Assembly (NCBI GenBank): GCA_024626585.2
Contig: JANKJI020000004.1
Coordinates: forward strand, 124,488,944-124,511,229
Source: Ginkgo biloba
Taxonomy: Eukaryota > Plantae > Ginkgophyta
Reading direction: 5' to 3'
Length of the DNA stretch: 22,286 bases
Positions 11,620 through 22,286 of the stretch are shown here, piece by piece (within the stretch, counting starts at the first letter, position 1; each line of letters begins with the position of its first letter). The notes beneath the pieces are model-generated. The model was not told the origin of the DNA, made no database searches, and worked only from the letters and a program-made list of their open reading frames with translations. Both the position numbers and the translations under genes were made by a program.

Positions 11620-12386
11620 TGCTACATCAAACCTCTACCTTGGCCTTGTCTAGGACTTCTTATTTTATTGCTTCCTCTAAAACTCTAAAAGTTTAGAGTT
11701 CTCCAACTTGAGGTACTTTCATATTGATTCTATCCATGACCTCTAAAATTATTATTCTTGATTTTTATATTTGTGGAAAATGCATGTTCTCTTTTTTTTT
11801 ATTTCCAATATCAGACCGCTTAACTAATCCACTTTTATCATTGTGAGGTCCTTATAGACTTTGATACTTGTAGCAACCATCTTAAACTTTTTTATTTCTC
11901 CTACACTTCTCATGATTTTCTCAACTATCCTTTACTTTGGAATATCTTCACCTAAATCTTTTATCTAATTCACCAAATCCTACACTTTTGTGATATAATT
12001 ATTTACTAAATAACCAACATTCATCTTGTTATTTTCAAACCTCATCCTGAGTGTTTGTAGTTTTATAATGGTTATACCTTCATATGCATTTTTTAATATA
12101 TATAATGCATCTTTTCACATTTCACAATCTCCAACTCGAGGAAATATGTGCTTCTCCATTGTGTAGAAAATGAAGGACAAAGCTTTATTATCTTTTTTTT
12201 ACTTTCTAAGAAATTGTTATTTTAATCTATTATTATTGCAACATCATTTATATTAACTTTCATGCAAACAAAGGTTACTAATCACCATATATCTCTAGCC
12301 ATAAATAGAAGCTTCATCTTCCTACTCCAATTTGTGTAATTAGAGCCATCAAATTTTAGCAGTGAAAAAATGACAGAAAATGCCAT
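11620..12386 (-). pseudogene. gag: Ty1/copia gag (DUF4219 and Retrotran_gag_2/UBN2-type regions), decayed
   Basis: From ATG at 12386: MAFSVIFSLLKFDGSNYTNWSRKMKLLFMARDIW*LV...DNKALSFI...HIFPRV...KDALYILKNAYEG...KLQTLRMRFENNKM...NYITKV*DLVN*IK..GEDI...IVEKIMRS, all classic copia gag motifs. Confidence 0.9.
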
Positions 12387-12647
12387 ATTCTCATCTTGTA
12401 ATTGTTTGAAATCATACAACTGGTACCTAAACTTTAAAGTCTAAATTTGACCCCAAAATGATGGTTTTTGGGCTGTAAAAATGGCATTAGCAAGAAGATT
12501 GTAATGTCCATTGCTAATGATTATAGATCTCCTCATTATCTTCAAAATGAGATATCATTTTTTCAAAATGGAGTTGTGAGCGAGGAGTTATGGCCTTTGA
12601 CAGATGACTATGTCAAAGAATTACAAAAATCTATAATCTCTCAAACA

Positions 12648-12661
12648 TGGCTCTGATACCA
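12648..12661 (-). promoter_or_regulatory. Primer-binding site (tRNA-iMet) of the copia element
   Basis: Reverse complement is TGGTATCAGAGCCA, directly adjacent to the LTR terminus at 12662. Confidence 0.92.
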
Positions 12662-13087
12662 TGTTAAAAAGATTGAACAAAATTAGTACATCAAAGTGCA
12701 TTACTCAATTACATTCTCAATGCACAAACTTCAATCCACAACCAATGGTTTACATACGAATTTGATATAATAGACTTCAATGGTGAAGAAAACTTTATCC
12801 AAAATCTATACTTAAATACACTCTATGTTTCTTTGCATGTGCTTTCATGTTATCATATTAATAGTAACTAACTACTATTTTCTTGTATAAGTTTGCATGT
12901 TATTCTAAATAAATTTATCTCAACTACTAACCATTATTCCAACAGTAAGGAGGGATGTAATCTACACCCTAACTACATTGATTTCCACATTTCTTTTCAA
13001 GACCTCTCATATAATTCATACCACCATGCATATAGTATAGTAAATATTTGTTTGAATAGTATATCATTCATGGTCATATTATCAACA
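12662..13087 (-). mobile_element. 5' LTR (~426 bp) of the copia element
   Basis: TGTT at 12662 abuts the PBS; matching AACA at 13084-13087; AT-rich non-coding interior. Confidence 0.7.
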
Positions 13088-14230
13088 TAGGGTTCCTCTC
13101 TGAGGGAGGTTTTCTTAGTTGCACATTCCACTTTTAGGATTTTCTATGCTTATGCTCTTCACTTTATAGAAAGTTTCAGATTCTAAAAATTCTTAATACC
13201 ATCGAATTATCCTAAAAGGCCACCAGTTCCTAGAGTTATTTCCCATAGTGCATGGCATTTTTTGCCTATGTTAAAGTACAATACAATAAGGACAATATAG
13301 GCTTGACATGCATAGGAAAGTTTTTCTATAGAATTTAAAAGTATCCTACCTGGTACTAGTGTTTGGGATGAGAATTGATTGATGGGCCAACCCATCCCAT
13401 AGTTTGAAGGTTCACAGTCAAGTTTGATCTTGTAGTATTTTTGTTGTCACTTTCCTAGGTCTGATCAATTCCTTCTAAGTGTCATTCCAAGATGCACCTT
13501 ATGAATATCAACATATTTCCTCTACCATATTTCATTCCAACACTAAATTCCATACCACTCCCATTATTTCACAAATCCCTTTACTATGGTATTCACAAAA
13601 AAGGCATATTTGTCTATCTCATTCAGTCATCCAAGTCNNNNNNNNNNNNNNNNNNNNNNNNNNNNNNNNNNNNNNNNNNNNNNNNNNNNNNNNNNNNNNN
13701 NNNNNNNNNNNNNNNNNNNNNNNNNNNNNNNNNNNNNCGTCCTTTTTAATATGGATCTCCATTATTTGTATAAGCATCTACGTCTACAGGTACTTCACTT
13801 AGGATCTATAAGTCTTCCATGAGGATAATTACATTCCATCCCTTCTTGAGATGCTTTACCCTCAAAGCATCAATTTGTATACACTTTTGTCTGGTTACTT
13901 GTCCTCGTTGGTCTTTTATGGACTTCTTCCATCTTGGTCTCTTCATAAGTTTGGTTCTCGTAATGAAGTTGAACTAATATCTAATGATGCATGTATTGAA
14001 TCTTTCCATTTGACTTATTGATAACGAGGATGTTTATAGGTCCTCTACTTAATATCTATGAGTCTTCCCTTGGTATCATTATATTTTTATTGTCCATAGG
14101 CTTTAAAAGTATTGTATTTGTAAGGATATTCTCATTAACATGGCTAATAATAATTCTCCATAGAAGGCCAAATATTTTAAGACTGCATACCTTTGATGTA
14201 AATGACATGCTCTTCCCTTCTTTGTGTTAA
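13088..14230 (-). mobile_element. 3' end of a gypsy-like element: decayed pol tail, PPT (13834-13847) and LTR beginning at 13833
   Basis: Minus strand reads GCTTTGAGGGTAAAGCATCTC-AAGAAGGGATGGAA-TGTAAT, a typical gypsy pol-end/PPT/LTR junction. An upstream YQ*VKWKD resembles the chromodomain motif YLVKWK. The LTR spans a gap and appears to host the copia insertion. Confidence 0.5.
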
Positions 14231-17200
14231 ATAAAACACCTTTAGGTTCCTTACTTAAGCCTTATTCATCTCTAACAAGGCACCTTGAACTTTAAGGCCC
14301 TTTACTTTATGGTCTCCAAGGTCTTTAATGAAAGAAAATAATAATTGACTGATCATTTTCTTTACTTCTCCCTTTAAGACTTTGTGTTTATTTCCCATCC
14401 AACCTCATCATCTACAATGTTACAAATAATATATATAATTTAACTAACGAAGAACTTCCACCATCTTTAATCTCTTGAACTTATTAAACCTTTCTTTTCA
14501 ATTAAAAACATAATGCATATTACTTACATTTATTTGAATTTTCTTAATTACCCAAAATGAAAATGACACAGGGGGCTTTTAAATTCATCTTCTTTCTTTA
14601 CTTTACAAATAGAAATATTAAAAAATAATTCAAAATTTTAAAGGGTTGAAATCTATACATAATATTTTCCTTACCTCAAATCTTTTCATCTTTGCCAAAT
14701 AAATTATCATTGTTCTTACTTTGAATTTTCTGAATTCATTTGAATTAATGATTAAGAATGGATAACGATATATTAGGGTATGATTTTATCTTATTCTCTA
14801 TAATAAATAACAAAAACTAAATTGAGAGATAAAATAAAGAGTTGTAGAATGATGCTTAATATATTTAATGATGTAGAGATATCATAGTTCCAATGGATTG
14901 CCTAATTACTTGATTTATATCATTTTAATGTATATAATCATCATTAGATCATGTAACATAAGAGAAAGTTTGTAACCAAATCATAATGTATTCACCAATG
15001 TAGATCTAGTTACAAAATGCCTTGCACACATATGAGATTATTATATAGAAGAGATGATGAAGGCGGGGTGGAAATCTAGTCTTGGCCTTCAAAGTTGATT
15101 TGAGCATTCAACCAATAAAAATCCCTTTCATCAAACCATTGCAGATAAACTCATTAATCAACATCAATGCTCATAAATTCTAAAAGGCTATTTTGTGGTC
15201 TATTTTTAAAGTTCCCATTGCACAAGATAACCCCCTTTTGCCTCTAAATTTCTCTACAAATTTCAACATTGTATTTGGCCTTAATTAATATTAAATCTTA
15301 GTGCCTAATCATTTGACTTATAACATTATAATGAGGAAATAGAAGTTAACCACTTTCGTTGGAAAGTATCTTATCAATTTCTAATGTTACTTGTTCTTAT
15401 GGATTTTACATTGCAGACAAGCATAAAATTTATTATCACCCCTTACTCTTGATATGGTTATAATATNNNNNNNNNNNNNNNNNNNNNNNNNNNNNNNNNN
15501 NNNNNNNNNNNNNNNNNNNNNNNNNNNNNNNNNNNNNNNNNNNNNNNNNNNNNNNNNNNNNNNNNNNNNNNNNNNNNNNNNNNNNNNNNNNNNNNNNNNN
15601 NNNNNNNNNNNNNNNNNNNNNNNNNNNNNNNNNNAAATATTAAAAAATAAATATTTCTTCCATATACATAACATTAAATATAATGATTTTTTACTATTTT
15701 TAAATGTTTCCATTTTAATAGTCTTTGACTTGAGTTGAGTTGAGTTTACGTTTTGACATTTTTAGAAAGACCATTATTAATTAAAATATAAATTCTAAAT
15801 GATGATGTATGCACATTTACTCTTAATTAGATCAAACACAAATCATATCTTCACGAGAAGATATGCCCAACATGTGTTGCAAGATTAAGATTCTTACTTA
15901 TTAATTAATGTACATATGTATAGAGATGTATATGCTATAAGTAAGTTGTTTCTTATTAGTTTCTATGTTTAAATTCATATAGTTTATAATAGTTCTTAAA
16001 AAAATATTTGAAACCAATGGTAATGGTGTCAATATTTTTCTATATATCTTGAATAATGGGATATGTCAAGAATCTTGGTTTGTGTGAGTCATAAGTATTG
16101 ACCTTGATGACTAAGACCACTTAAACAAATAACAAACTGTGTAAACCCAACATGTTTTGGTCTTGAAAGATGATATTAAAATTCAATAGCAATCACCATT
16201 GATTTGTGGAATATAAAAATAATAACACAACACAAGTATTATCTTAATGGTGAGAGATAACATACAAGCATTTTTTGGGGTATATATTTCAAGGCAAGTA
16301 CTACAATATTTTCTAGATGTTTTTAGGCTAGTTGAAAAAAATAAACAAAAGAGAAATTAAACTTAAAATCATTACATAATTTGGTCATACCCTATGGGAA
16401 ATGGATGTACAATGCATTGTTAACTTCTAATTCAAACTTAAATAAGAGGAAAGATTATTGCAAGCAATNNNNNNNNNNNNNNNAATATAATTAACTTTAA
16501 CTAAAAATAAATTTAAAATCTTGATAAAAATATACAAGAAGACATTTCTTTTACCTTTTGAAGTTGAAATTTGCACAAAAGTAGTAACCCTTATTAGTCA
16601 TTGCTATAGGTAGAGACTAAATGTAATCGATTTATCTCCTACGATTTTATTTATCAACTCTAAGTACAAAGGCCTTTAATTTTTGCACTAGCCAAGGTTT
16701 TTCTAAGGTCTCTTATCTTTATTAAAATCATATGTTGAATTTGAAAAGATTTGTTTTTAAATAGTCTTGATATAATTGGATCAAATATAATGGCATGACA
16801 ATATTCCCCTTCTTATTGTTGAGTTTTTCAACAAAAAATAATTCACTCTTTAAATTTAAAGATGTTAATCTAATTATAAGAGTATTATTTTACTATTTAA
16901 TATAATATTTTTCTATTGGAACTTAAAAGTGTTTTATGGCCAATATCGATAACATCATTGAAAAAACTGCCCACCCTTGACATTCTCTCTCCTCTTATGC
17001 TAATATACTACTATAGATACAAATGTTAAACTTATTTAATATAGAAAGATAAATTTTATTTGTGTCAAATTGAAGAAAAACATCAATTAACAATAAAGAT
17101 AAGTAGTGATATGTGTTTACATTAAGATTATCATTAATGGGCAATAAATATTGCATACCACTTGTCACATATGGATAATAACATGCCAAGTGAAATGACA

Positions 17201-17932
17201 TGTCAAAAATTGTATATATTTTTTAATATAGGCAATAAGAAGGTGATCGCCAAGTCCCCAAGGTTAGTCCAAGCAGTGTAAATTAATCACTCTAGCACAT
17301 TCACNNNNNNNNNNNNNNNNNNNNNNNNNNNNNNNNNNNNNNNNNNNNNNNNNNNNNNNNNNNNNNNNNNNNNNNNNNNNNNNNNNNNNNNNNNNNNNNN
17401 NNNNNNNNNNNNNNNNNNNNNNNNNNNNNNNNNNNNNNNNNNNNNNNNNNNNNNNNNNNNNNNNNNNNNNNNNNNNNNNNNNNNNNNNNNNNNNNNNNNN
17501 NNNNNNNNNNNNNNNNNNNNNNNNNNNNNNNNNNNNNNNNNNNNNNNNNNNNNNNNNNNNNNNNNNNNNNNNNNNNNNNNNNNNNNNNNNNNNNNNNNNN
17601 NNNNNNNNNNNNNNNNNNNNNNNNNNNNNNNNNNNNNNNNNNNNNNNNNNNNNNNNNNNNNNNNNNNNNNNNNNNNNNNNNNNNNNNNNNNNNNNNNNNN
17701 NNNNNNNNNNNNNNNNNNNTGATTACGGATTATAATAAATGAAATATATGAATCTTTTAAACACGCATGAGAACAACCTTGTGAGTGAAGCAACCTATGC
17801 ACAGAGTCATTAATAGATGATGCATGACAAGCTTAACATGGTTGTAATAAATAAAACCTTAGTTATAAGCATATCTCCATAATTAATACACTTCTATCTC
17901 GTCATGTGATTCTCTCTTCTCTCAGTTACAAA

Positions 17933-17965
17933 TCTATCTATCTATATACTATATACTAAAAAAAA
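17933..17965 (+). mobile_element. Possible Helitron 5' terminus
   Basis: A|TCTATCTATCTATATACTATATACTAAAAA resembles plant Helitron 5' ends (TC start after A). No convincing 3' hairpin plus CTRR was found. Confidence 0.35.
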
Positions 17966-18633
17966 CCCATATGATCGACCGGCCTCCCCTTTAAACAAAA
18001 AAAACAAAAAGCAAAAAAAGAACATAAGACTACTCAAACACATGTAAATGATATATACTAAAAAACCATGTCTGGCTAACCACATCGAATAGAATGGAGA
18101 AATGGAATGGCAACAACAAAGGCAAAACATAATGGAAATGAAGGAATATAACAACAATTGAGACAGCATAACAAAATGGAACAAAAATAGGAGCAAAGTG
18201 TAATTGATGGTGATGATAATGATACATATTTATGATCTTTATATAAGTTATTCTTTCTGATGTGACAATGAGCACCATAATGGGGATATCATGTGGTATC
18301 ATGGAGTCTATCCTATATAGGGGATATGACCATGCATAGTACTAGGAGAGGATTATGTTTAGTAATCTTGCGAGAGGATTATTTATATTCTATAGTGAGA
18401 GTTTTTTCTTTCTTATCTAGTTTTCTCTCACTTATGGCAATTTGGTATAATTAGTAATAATGGATTCCTTACATAGAAACTAATCCATGATTACATGGGT
18501 ACTTTCCTTTCTTGGGATTGCATAATTGGATATACATGGGAACATTTCCTTTATTTTTCCATGTTATTATGTTTATAAATGGTTTTTTTTGTGACCCAAG
18601 TCACAACTAAGAATATTAAAATTCTTTCCCATT

Positions 18634-18830
18634 AAAGAGGGAGGGAACATTGTATAACAAATCCATGGGTTATAAAAGAGACCCTCTTCAAAAAATAGAG
18701 GTTTTATATACAAATTTGAAAATTTTTATATTTTCATATTATCATAATCAGAAAGTATACATTGAGATCTTTTTAGCGATATCTTATTTTCAAAAAATGG
18801 AGGTCGGATGCAAAAGTTATGGCCTCAAGA
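18634..18830 (+). mobile_element. PPT and start of an LTR (TG at 18651)
   Basis: AAAGAGGGAGGGAA (18634-18647), then CAT and TGTATAAC; truncated by a gap. Confidence 0.5.
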
Positions 18831-18930
18831 NNNNNNNNNNNNNNNNNNNNNNNNNNNNNNNNNNNNNNNNNNNNNNNNNNNNNNNNNNNNNNNNNNNNNN
18901 NNNNNNNNNNNNNNNNNNNNNNNNNNNNNN

Positions 18931-20342
18931 ATAAAAACCGCGAAAAGGTGAACGAGGGTTAGTGTGTGTCTGGACCCTGGACTCTTCTTCCAGATACTCC
19001 ACTCTGTGCAGGGAAAACTAAAGTTTGTCTGTGCTGCCTCGCAAGCCAGCAGTCTGCATTTCCCACCAAAATGAGGTACACAATTCTCATTTTTTGAGTG
19101 TGTTTTTAATGTATTAAAATGTTTGAAATATATTTTCGTTTTCGAGGCATTTCTTCTGTTCTTCCAGGTGTCTTCATTTTTATCTGAAACTTGTCGAGAC
19201 TGACCATGGCTCTGTATGTGAATTGTCTAACTAGTTACCTTTCATTACTATCTTATTGTTTATTTTCTTAAAACAACAAATATATAATCGCAGTATTCTA
19301 TTATTTTGAAGTTTCTTGCCCTGCCTATTTTATTTTGGTTGGTCTGTTGGTTATTGGGTTATCCAACAATTAAGGGAATCAGATGTTTACTGGCTCGAAT
19401 ATATTTGAGATAAGCATCAGAGAATTATGGGCGGTAGTTGCCCAATCATGGGCAGAAAATATTTGTCTAAAAAATGAGTTTCAGACAATACATGTTTTCC
19501 GTTCATTTTTGGAAAACAAAAGTTATGTAAATGGTCTGGTAAAAGCTTTACAATGCGAGCGCCGTGTGACCTTTTAAGGCAAATCTCAATAATGATCATA
19601 ACAGTTTGTAGCAAGCGGCACTTGTTGACATAACGGCTGCTTATTTACTTGTAAGCGTCACATCTTACTTACTTGTAAATTTGATTACGTGACAGTAAAC
19701 AATCTTTCCCAAAATAAATTGATGTATGTGTCTATAATTTCCTGAAAGTACCTCATGTGAGCCTTTTAGGACCAACGAAGCCTATTGAATGAAGTCTTGT
19801 ATTTAACTTGATCTCTTGACGGACTGCAGCGCGAGGCTGAAAATATATGGACCTGGACTTATATTAATTTATCTACGATAAGGAAGTAGCCCTATATCAG
19901 CAATGTTTCAACATAACCCATATGACACATTCTTTATTAATATTATTAGAGTTGCTTACAAAGGACGGTGCAACTGGGGTTAGAATACTGTCGTAGCAAG
20001 ACAAGGACAAAGCTTTAGCTGATTGAAGCTTCCTTAAAGAGCCCCATGAACAGAAATCATCAAAATAATTGTCAATTGCTTTTACAGAATTAGGACTGAG
20101 AACTTCTCGATAAGAAGCCATTGGTTTAGGTCATGAAGTGGAGATTCTCACAAAGACCCCTCAATGTTTCGATGGAGCCATGAGGAGGTCTGAAAGTTCT
20201 GTTTTTAAGAGGTTCCTCCCTTCTGTTCACTGACTGCTCCCCCTCAATTGCATCTGGAATGGTCATTTATCCCTTCTCTTCTCACTTCATGCTATGTCCG
20301 TCTTGTCGTGCTTATCAGTCATCACTTTCAGCTCTTTCTGTG
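18931..20342 (+). other. CpG-retaining, non-TE-like region with plant splice signals; probable 5' part of a host transcript (5' UTR or lncRNA)
   Basis: Donor AG|GTACAC at 19076, T-rich 92-nt intron, acceptor TTCTTCTGTTCTTCCAG| at 19167. The 46-nt exon contains ACCATGGC and ends at donor GTATGT (19214). Candidate acceptor TTGCTTTTACAG| at 20087 and donor TG|GTGAGT at 20343. No recognisable protein. Confidence 0.45.
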
Positions 20343-20974
20343 GTGAGTGTTGTCATCTTCTTGGTTTTTCCGACTTTCTCAGGGCCAAGCACCAATTCAC
20401 CTATCTTCATTTCCCATTGGATTTCAGCTGATCTGCCTCATGGTTACTTTGGAACATGTAGCCATGTTTGGAAAAAGCAGAAAATAGTAGAACTAAAAAT
20501 TGGTAGCTATTACAGAAAGAGTTTTTGACAGTAGAACTGATAATATTAGTAGGACAGAATCTATTCTAAAGAATATTTATTTTAATAGTCACCAAAATTT
20601 CTAGAAAAGTAGCACCCTACTAAAGCTTAATAGTTATAAAGAAATTCCTAAAAAACATCTTATTGTAGCTAAAAATCAGCTCTATGTATAGAACTTCAAA
20701 TCTAAGTAGAACACCAACTTGGAGACTCCTTCTAAGTGTCTTTTCGTTTACAATTTACCACAACTCCACTCTTACAACCCATTCAACCCTAGTCCAAGCC
20801 CAACCAAACTTGCTCAAAGGTCAGTTAAAGTTGGTCAACGGGCTTGGAAAACCCTAAGAGAATCTCTAATGCATNNNNNNNNNNNNNNNNNNNNNNNNNN
20901 NNNNNNNNNNNNNNNNNNNNNNNNNNNNNNNNNNNNNNNNNNNNNNNNNNNNNNNNNNNNNNNNNNNNNNNNNN

Positions 20975-22286
20975 AGTCCACTTGGGGAGCTTCTTATCCA
21001 ACCTATCTTGTACATATTGCCACATGTTACTTCAACAAACTTGGAAGCCAATAGTAATTTCTAGAAACTTGAAAATTTCTCCATGAGAGACTTAGGACCA
21101 CTCAATGATTTAGGTCACTTTGGGATTCTTTCGGATGGAGGAAGTAACACAGGGTCTTTTCCATTGGATTTTGGAACCAGAGACATCGTGAAAGATATTG
21201 AAACACTTTATAGTTTCTTGGACATGTGTCTTCTCAATTTGGATGGTAAGGAAAGAATCATCAACAAAGTATCCATTGACCAAGTATTGATTTCTAGTAC
21301 GAGGTAGAGAAATTCCACAGATAGAGCCAAAAGAGACTTTACAGTTTATCAAATACCCAAGGGCATTAACAACCAGGACATAAAGGTTAAGGGCAAGAGG
21401 ACACCCCTGCCTTATGGATTTGAATAGACTAAAGGATGCAAACTTGATATGATTAACAGGCACATAGACAAAGGCCTCAAGAAATAAGGTTTGACAACAT
21501 TTTGTATGAATGTCGCAAACCTAAGGGTATCTAACATGACAAGGATCAAGTTCCACTCTATTCTATCATGGGGTTTGTCAAAATCATCTTGATGAAGAGA
21601 ATCTCGTGGCCTCTATTCCTAACCCATTCCATTCCTTCCCAGGTCCCAATAAGATTGTCTAAGATGTATCTCCCTTTGATGAATCTAGTTGGTTCCAACC
21701 TGACAATAGTTGAGAGTAGAAATTTGACAATCCTAGCAAGAGCCTTAGCTAGGATTTTGTAGGAGACATTGAAAAGGGTTATAGGTTTCCAATTGTTGAG
21801 GAGCTCTAGATTCCCATGCTTTGGAATGAGCTTGATATTGCCTTTGTTGATAAGAGCTCTTTAAGACTCGTTTTAGAGCCTCCTTATATACTTTGAGAAA
21901 GATAGGTCCAATGTAATCTTAGGTGGTCTTGTAGAACTCATAAGGGATGCCATCAATCCTAGGGGCTTTATCATTAACCACCTCATTTAAAGTAGAGATA
22001 AGCTTTTCCAAAGGTAAAGGAGCATCACAACCTCTAACATACTGAAGAACCTTTTTAGGGACAACCTTTTTCTAAGGTTATAGGGATGAGGTATGGGCTT
22101 CTGAGTCTCCTTGGGTCATGACACATAAAAGTGCTAATGGAAGCAACAAAGGAGCTTAGAATCATGCATTAAGGTATGGGCAACCCAAGGAATTCTACCC
22201 ACATAGGGTACTTATAAGAGAGCACTTTTTCAACTAAGAGATCCTTGTTCCACCTAGAAAGTGCCACAAGGTTATGCATACAAGTC
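20975..22286 (-). pseudogene. L1-clade LINE ORF2 reverse transcriptase domain, decayed
   Basis: Minus strand gives DKAPRIDGIPYEFYK, INKGNIKLIPK, NWKPITLFNVSYKILAKALA, FIKGRYILDN, DFDKPHDRIEW, SIRQGCPLA, GYFVDDSFL (catalytic DD, 21257-21271), SGSKIQW, GEIFKFLEI and MWQYVQDRLDKKLPKW. Frameshifts and stops are present. Confidence 0.95.

Noticed and set aside
11614-11633. TCAAGTTGCTACATCAAACC as a degenerate PBS after the 11183-11613 LTR
   Set aside because: Poor match to TGGTATCAGAGC; the LTR is preceded by a PPT and this sequence is better explained as copia gag on the minus strand.
14300-17304. Possible Mutator/MITE remnants in a very AT-rich tract (e.g. CCACTTGTCA and TGACATGTCA near 17157-17205)
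   Set aside because: No paired TIRs, TSDs or coding homology could be identified by eye.
19580-19850. Intronic box C/D snoRNA or miRNA hairpin
   Set aside because: No proper RTGATGA...CTGA pair with a terminal stem and no long hairpin seen.
19897-20121. 74-aa minus-strand ORF MASYREVLSP...
   Set aside because: No recognisable domain; length is compatible with chance and the better splice signals are on the plus strand.
1-22286. CRISPR array, operon or other prokaryotic system
   Set aside because: No regularly spaced repeats or gene-dense intact ORFs; the content is plant retroelement DNA.

Overview
Eukaryotic, almost certainly land-plant, AT-rich and CpG-depleted scaffold with many N gaps. 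The Met-initiator-tRNA primer-binding sites and the gypsy/copia/L1 motifs point to a plant; a large-genome gymnosperm or fern is my guess only. The window is mostly nested, decayed retroelements: Ty3/gypsy gag, protease and integrase remnants (1-2650), several LTRs with PBS/PPT signals, a minus-strand Ty1/copia 5' end (LTR-PBS-gag, 11620-13087), a minus-strand gypsy 3' end (13088-14230) and a minus-strand L1-type LINE reverse transcriptase (20975-22286). No intact protein-coding gene, rRNA, tRNA or CRISPR array is visible, and most long ORFs in the track are N-gap artefacts. The less ordinary signals are: a rigidly spaced 74-bp motif shared by two apparently unrelated LTR elements; an unidentified ~760-bp inverted-repeat pair; a CpG-retaining island (18931-20342) with plant splice signals and a chain of AUGA-overlapped short ORFs; and a possible miniature PBS-PPT element. 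None of these is established as a new system from sequence alone.
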